A stretch of 58,913 bases of DNA, counting the filler, from Choristocarpus tenellus KU-1152 (lineage: Eukaryota > Protista > Phaeophyceae): assembly GCA_964200185.2 (NCBI GenBank). It is 12 parts of 12 records of this genome, joined end to end, with 100 filler letters (N's around TTAATTAATTAA, not from the genome) between each part and the next. Parts side by side here need not be neighbours in the genome. Positions count along the whole stretch, not along the records: positions 50,657 to 53,411 come from CAXNAD020025020.1; positions 53,512 to 56,027 come from CAXNAD020027160.1; positions 56,128 to 58,913 come from CAXNAD020024776.1; 9 more parts are not named here. One strand, given 5' to 3'. The notes under the pieces were generated by a model that saw nothing but the letters and a program-made list of their open reading frames with translations, had not been told where the DNA came from and ran no database searches. The position numbers and the translations under genes are program-made. Position 1 is the first letter of the stretch. Each line of letters starts with the position of its first letter. This document shows positions 52,401-58,913 of this stretch, piece after piece.

Positions 52401-52665
52401 GAAAAAGAGTCTTGGAGGGTACGAGTTTTGCCCTGTTTGTCCATTTATTTGGGGCTTGGCTTCCTATGGTTTTTTTAATGACATTTTCCTACTCCAAAAT
52501 GTTTCAGAGTAGGTAAAATGTATACATTATGAAAAGGTGTATCCAGAACATGGGTATTGATACTTCCCAAAACAACAAGCACAATGACCAAAATTATATC
52601 AAAATCTCAACATTGGATTTTGGACCCAAATGGATGCGGCTCTACCCTCTAAGATACTTTGGCTC
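52401..52665 (+). mobile_element. MITE family A
   Basis: ...GAGTCTTGGAGGGTACGAGTTTTGCCCTGTTTGTCC ... TACCCTCTAAGATACTTTGGCTC. Confidence 0.85.
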
Positions 52666-54128
52666 AAAAAGGGCATCATTTCGTACACCAGGAAGGTTTT
52701 ATTTTCCTTATCATGGCATGACGTTAATCCAATTCCGGTCACAGGACATTCTGGTATAGGAGACATAATTATAATACTTAAAGGGGGGGTCACAGCAAGA
52801 ACTCTTTTTTTGCAGGCACTCAAGGGTCGCAACAGCAGGCATTTGCTATCTTTGGTTGTATTGAGTATTCCTAGTGTGTCCTACACTCTGCATGGTATGA
52901 TACACAGAAACTAGTTGTCGTTGCTTGTTGAAGGCCAACAAAGCAATGCCTCATTACAATTACAAAGGTAATCCACACAAATACACACACACATACAAGA
53001 AGAGTAGCAATAATGGGTTCAATGCAAATGCTTGCAATTTAATACTGTAACACATTATTATCAGCTGAAAATTGGATGTGCTCATTTGTCATAATCATGC
53101 ATTGCTTTGTTCTCCCCTCAAACACAAAGTCCAGCACTTCCCATGGGCTGCCCAATCAGCAACCCCCTCATTTTGTCTACCCAGAGCTGGTTGCTACGAG
53201 ACAAGACAAGTGAGCAGCTGGAGCTCTTCTTTAGAGCATACAAAAATCCCTTCTGGTTTTAACCGTGAATAATACCCCCCTCATTTTCCCCTTCATCCTT
53301 GTCACCTGTCTCCTTCGTTTTCATCTTGAAGACTGCCATGTCCTCCCCCCCCCCCCCCCCCCCCCCCCCCTCCTCCTTTCCCTCATCCACCCCCCCTCCC
53401 CCCCCCCCCCCNNNNNNNNNNNNNNNNNNNNNNNNNNNNNNNNNNNNNNNNNNNNTTAATTAATTAANNNNNNNNNNNNNNNNNNNNNNNNNNNNNNNNN
53501 NNNNNNNNNNNAATAGATAATAATGGAAGTGCACTTTTCCTGTTTATGACTCAAATGGACACCCTGGTGTAGCCCCCCCCCCCCCCTCCCATATACTTTA
53601 GGTCAAACCTCTCATCACAGGAGGCACCCTCTTTAGAGTAGGGCAGTGCTAGGAAATCATGGCAGCTGCCACTCAAGATCGAGATCCTGCAATCAGTACA
53701 AGAAGTATAGTTTCACCAATGATCAGATTAGGTATCGGAACCACGCCGCATCAAGACCCCACTCAAGGCCAGTCTTAGAAACTAAACTCAGGAACTTTGT
53801 GTAGGGGTCAACATTGCGAAGACCAAGTCGTAGGGGCAGACATGGATCGCAATACTTGCAGGGTGAACATGCGACATCACTAGGACTGCCTGAGGACTCC
53901 TGGAGTACGGGAGACACAGGAAGTTGGACGATACAACCAAGAGTCCTGCCCTTCTTGGAGTACCAGCAGATGACTCTAACCCCTCTCTCTATACAATAAC
54001 CCTGTCTTTTTTACCAATGACCTCACCAACGTTCTTGATGGAGTGCAAGATTGGATATGGGCTTTACCACAAGACAACTTCTGATCTCACCACACCCCCT
54101 TCCTCCTGCAATCACCTTACCACCCTTC

Positions 54129-54372
54129 GAGTCAAAGCATTAAATAGGGTAGGGCCGCATCCGTTTGGGATCCAAAATCCAATGTTGTGATTTTGATGTA
54201 ATTTTGGCTATTGTATTTGTTACAAAGTGTCAATATCCTTGGTCCTGACACATCTTTCATAGTCATACATATTTTAGGTAACTGTGTTCACACAGAAAAC
54301 CGAAAAAGGGTATGAAAAAATGTGGGAAGTCAAGCCCCAAACCAACAAACAGGGCAAAACTCCTACCCTCTT
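54129..54372 (-). mobile_element. MITE family A, degenerate copy
   Basis: GAGTCAAAGCATTAAATAGGGTAGGGCCGCATCCGTTTGGG ... CAGGGCAAAACTCCTACCCTCT. Confidence 0.8.
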
Positions 54373-54871
54373 AAATGGTTTGGATCTTCATGTTGATATC
54401 CTGAGTTGCTTTCCTATGACCCCATCATCAGCAGCTCACCGATCATGGAAGTCCTATAGTCATCACCGTGAAATTCTTGAAGTTATGAAATTCTTAGATC
54501 TTGATTTACTATGAAGATAAAACGTTATGCTGTATCATCAAACGAAAAATGCTATGAGCCACCTGAAGGCATGGCAGGGGGAGTATTGGAAAGCAGTAGC
54601 TAACTTTCCGGTCTTGCATCATTGCAAGGCTTTCGTTGTGGATTCTGGATGCCACACACTAGTGATGCCCAATATGTTTGGCAATTTTTAACGGAAATCT
54701 AATTTGTCGATCTGTGTGACTGGGTTTTTCAATTTTGCCCAACATACTTGACTAAATAGAGGTGCAGTACACTGTATGACAGTTCTGTTACAAAAGAGAA
54801 TCTATTATGGCTGGAGAAAGGGTAATCCATTGTTAATGCCAATCTTCGTTAACGATGTGTCTAGCAAATCC

Positions 54872-55115
54872 ATTTATTATTATCGTGCCCTCTGAAATTT
54901 TGCAGATGTGTCAGGGGAACGACCGATGAATCACCAATTCAATATCAGAACAACCCCTGAAAAAGTAACAATTTTTGTAAATGTGAAAGACCGTGTTCTA
55001 TCATATATTTACTATTTGACTACCAGCTATGCTTCACCACTCCCTTCCTATGCCTCCAAACTAGCTTAGCCCTACGCCCCTGCCGAGGAGCTAGGGAAGC
55101 ATCCAAAAAATCTGA
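54872..55115 (-). mobile_element. LINE 3'-UTR fragment with (AAT)n tail
   Basis: TTATTATTAT-CGTGCCCTCTGAAATTTTGCAGATGTGTCAGGGG ... GAGGAGCTAGGGAAGCATCC. Confidence 0.72.
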
Positions 55116-56127
55116 CAGGCCGAGAAAACATTGTGACATGGGAGTTTTATATTTGAATATATACCGTCAGTGGTATATGTTTATATTAGCGGTATACCTT
55201 ATAACATCGTACTAACCCACTGATCCCCCCAACATCTTATTTACGGAAATTTGTCATTTTAAATTCGTCGTGGTGCCAGATTATTGCCTGTATCAACTTC
55301 CTCGATCTTGATTAAAGAGCTTTATAAGTATTACAAATGAATACACCCTCCATGTTGTCAATTCCAATACCTCTACTGTCAAGTCCACCTCAAACAAGCT
55401 CATGAGTCAGCCTGTTGTGGGTATCATGGAAGGGTCAAGGGGTATTTGTCAGCTTCTTTAACTTACACGACACGAAACCCACAGACAAAGCTTCACTCAG
55501 TGTCAATAGCCATAGCCAAAACAGAACAGCAACATTGAATTATTAAATTATGGAGATCTCTCTCTATCTCTGCATTGCTGCCTGTGATCAGACCTACTCT
55601 GAATTCAGGATGAGTACATTACACTAACCCCTGCCTCACTCAGTCCCTGATAAGCATATGGCACCTCCCACATTAGGTACCAAACTTTCCCCTCGTGCAA
55701 ATGCATCCTGCGTCCTGCCAGCTTCTTATTTTCCATCGTATGCAGGTGTAAAAGTAATCCAAAGCTTCATACTCTGTGACTCAGGCACTTATCTACCTCT
55801 CCCTCCAGTATTTTCAAAAGAGGTAAACAAACAGTTGAAGCAAAGGGCTTTACTTTCATTATATGTACAGTAGGCTCAATGTATCTGGGAGGGATGGCGG
55901 CTATCCATTTGAGGTCAATTTTTTCATGTCGCGATTTTTTGGGTGATTGATAGCGTATGTCGGATGGATAATGTAAGTGCACTGTTCCTAGTTTTGACCC
56001 AAATGGGCACCCTGGTGTAGCCCCCCCNNNNNNNNNNNNNNNNNNNNNNNNNNNNNNNNNNNNNNNNNNNNTTAATTAATTAANNNNNNNNNNNNNNNNN
56101 NNNNNNNNNNNNNNNNNNNNNNNNNNN

Positions 56128-56252
56128 GCCCTAAAAAGGTGCCGCAAAATTTACAAAAAAAAACATATCGGCACTTTTTCCGCACCATTTTCGGTCAAAA
56201 CCATCCTCAATAGTACGTACGCTCCATCCTCAATATTAAAATCCACTGTTCT
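56128..56252 (+). repeat. Dispersed repeat (family D) at contig start
   Basis: Matches 29995-30120 (reverse complement) and positions 1-60. Confidence 0.7.
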
Positions 56253-57317
56253 ATATTGCACAATTTGGATCACCTTCACATAAAGAACATGACCAGTACA
56301 ATATCATTACTACTATGTATGGTACACCAATGTACATTTTTTAAATAGTAACATTTATTCTACGTTTTGTTTAAGCTATTTAATTGATTGTAAATACTAC
56401 TACTACTACTGCTCTAAACATGATATTTTTCCACATGTATGTGTCAGGGAAATAATGTCAAACCATGACCATCATCACGACAAAGTATTGGAGGTAATAA
56501 AATATGATAATATGCGACACCATCACCGTTGTGAATCGCGACGATTCCATCGGCTTCATAAACAGCATAACCGAATAACTGAACAGAGAAAAGGTTCAGT
56601 TATTCACCTTTTTTTTTGTCACGTATGACCATAAGGGTCTAATGAACATATATTCGTTAGAAGATGTGTTACTAACCACAACACACTACACCTACTTCAC
56701 TGTTGTTGATGGGTTCGGATCTACGTCTTTGTACCTCTTCTAGAGGCTGAGTTTTTCCCCTCGCGCTCTGTCACGCAACACTGAGGAACCTGCACCTGGA
56801 CAAGACAACGAAATTTTCTGTAATGAACCTAATCGTACTTATAAATTCTTTGATTATAAAAAGGAGAGACGAGAAGAATATAATTGGTCTTCTATAGTAA
56901 CGAATATCATGAGGAATGTGATTCGAAATTCCAAAATGAATATTGTTTCCCCGCGCGTCTTTGCGCGTTTTCCCAACAGTTAAAACAGTAGGTCAGTGTA
57001 TGTACCAATCTATTTAACTCCACCAGTTTCCAAAAGTTAAATCTCAGCGAGGAGAGTAAACCCCTCACTCACAACAGATGCAGGATTAGGAACTCTACAA
57101 AGTAATCTCAGCGAGACTCCCTTTAGACAAACCATTTACGTAACAGTAAAGTAGCAAGGATCTGTCTGCCCTGACCCCTGAACATCTTAGGTTATCTGGA
57201 GCCATTGATTCAAAACCTATCCCGCCTTCTCACAACTCGACTGAAAGAGTCCTGTCGACATCGCCAGGAGAGAAGGTCTGGACAAACGACCTATTTGAGG
57301 TCTGGGGCTTGGAAGAT

Positions 57318-58827
57318 ATGGACCCATGGCACTGGCAAGAGGGAAACAGCCCGGAGATACCACAGGAACAGGGTGGGCAGGGTCAGAGACTGGGACAGAA
57401 GAGGGCGAAACCAGTAGGACTGGAAGCCGTTCCCACTGGCTTTGAAGACGCTCTTCAACGCTTCGGGGCGTTGTCTTTAGGAGAGGAGTCTTCGGCGGTA
57501 CCACTGTCGATCTCTGGTGTTGCGAGTGGAGGACAATGCGGAGATTCTACTCATCAGGTTCAGGCACATGGTTTCTTCCCTCCCCGCCAACAACAGCCGC
57601 AGCAACAGGTCATCATCGTCCTGTAGTTGTCCCGCTGTTGCCGGTTGATGGATTGAAGCTAGATATCCTTTTGCTCGTACTCACACACAGGCTAGATATA
57701 CTCCAGATCTTGGTCTAGGGTATCGCCCTAGGCATTATTGATTTTCCCTCATGAGACTGACCATGTACTTCTATGAAGTCCTCAGCAACGCATGTGATTT
57801 GTCTGGAGCAAATTTTGTCAAGTCATAGTATATCTGATGTGACATGGCCTGTCGTTTAGTACATGGAGGAATATTGAAATTTTCAATACTTGTCAATCGC
57901 ACGGATGCTGGTCTCACTCTGTCTGTGTCCTTCCAAAATCATGCTTCAGATCAAATTTCTGCAGGAGACATGCCTCCAGGTTCAAATGTACTGTTGCCAA
58001 GAGTTCAACTTAGTCTCACATCGTATGTTGCGCCAGCGCTTGATTGATTGTAGGCGTATCATGCAACGCCTATGGCACCGCCAACATGTTTCGAAATGGT
58101 AAAAATCGGCAACAATTTTCTGTGTTTACTGTACAGATGGATATTTTTGGGATATCCATGTCACGTCAAGTTCGTCGAAATGATGGTTGCTGTTCGCCAG
58201 GAATGAGCATATGCTCAACCCTGTCACTTCTCAAGGGAACCTCTCACTAGAAGTCACTTATGGTATATACTGCACTTTTAGACAGGGTCTTATTGTGCTA
58301 TACCCTCCGACGAAATAGAAAAACAATTTGGACTTTGAACACTGTCGGTGAGTTACATACATATAGGGAAGGGTCTGCCTTCTCCTCTGTTTGCTCACTA
58401 CCTTCTCCCAAAACATTGTATGAGTCTTCCACCATGATGACTATGCCCCCCCCCCCCCCCCCCCCCCTCCATTTTACCAATCTAAACCGCACAAGAAAAC
58501 CAATCAACCTCCCTCATCNNNNNNNNNNCCCTCCCCCTCCCCCCATCTATTGTACCAATCTAAGCAGATCAAGAAAACCATTCAACCTGCTTCATCAAAT
58601 ACTCACACATATATGTACATTTTCTGGTCTCATGTCAGGGCATTTCTTTGGCAGCCTGCCAACCCGTTTCTGCAGCAGACCAACAGTATCAAGGGCAAGA
58701 ACTGTTGCAGGGAGCGACGTTACCCATATCTGCTGTGGACAATGGAATATTGCAGCAGCAATCTCCACCTGCTGGGGATGGGGGTGAGGGGCAAGGGTTA
58801 GGACAGAGATTATACACTGAGGATGAG
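57318..58827 (+). CDS. Putative Q/G-rich protein of unknown function, 5' exons
   Basis: Exon 57318-57608 reads MDPWHWQEG...GQKRAKPV...FEDALQRFGALSL...QQQPQQQ|GT. Exon ~58687-58827 ends GLGQRLYTEDE|GTGAGT with a strong donor. Both are GC-richer and CpG-retaining like the other exons. Confidence 0.5.
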
Positions 58828-58913
58828 GTGAGTGCTGGGACATGTACTGCCCTGTCTAGGTTTGGGGATTGGAGGTGATGAAGTTGGGGAGCATTGGCCA
58901 AATGTTATCTCCA

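Larger units (their letters stand above)
5906..56127. other. Eleven artificial contig-joining spacers (44 N + TTAATTAATTAA + 44 N)
   Basis: Identical 100-nt spacers with a six-frame stop linker at 5906-6005, 10617-10716, 13385-13484, 24232-24331, 29448-29547, 37818-37917, 41632-41731, 46066-46165, 50557-50656, 53412-53511 and 56028-56127. Separate 10-N scaffold gaps occur at 13817-13826 and 58519-58528. Confidence 0.98.

Noticed and set aside
5906-56127. Regularly recurring TTAATTAATTAA palindrome, and apparent gene clustering across the window
   Set aside because: It is an artificial six-frame-stop linker inside N runs. Genes on different contigs are not neighbours.

Overview
Eukaryotic genomic DNA, most likely a brown alga or a close stramenopile relative. 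That placement is inferred from GT-AG introns, a SAS-6 centriole gene, TTAGGG repeats, closely spaced head-to-head genes and the transposon types. The window is not one locus: it is 12 short contigs joined by an artificial 100-nt spacer (44 N + TTAATTAATTAA + 44 N), so adjacency across spacers carries no information. Recognisable spliced gene fragments are CCT6 (chaperonin zeta), thymidylate kinase head-to-head with SAS-6, a TMCO4/DUF726 last exon, and an SSRP1/Rtt106-like PH-domain gene missed by the ORF track, which lies head-to-head with a gene containing a ~2.6-kb low-complexity exon. There is also an unknown multi-exon gene, possibly with a calponin-homology-like N-terminus, head-to-head with CCT6. 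The rest is mostly decayed transposons: a plant-type mariner transposase, a Ty1/Copia relic, 3' ends of an RLE-type LINE, and three related non-autonomous TIR families with GRG...CYC ends and apparent 4-bp TSDs (Sola2-like). The repeat copies show a CpG-decay signature suggesting DNA methylation. I see no convincing new multi-gene system. The best leads are the Sola2-like MITE radiation, the CpG decay and the three divergent gene pairs.
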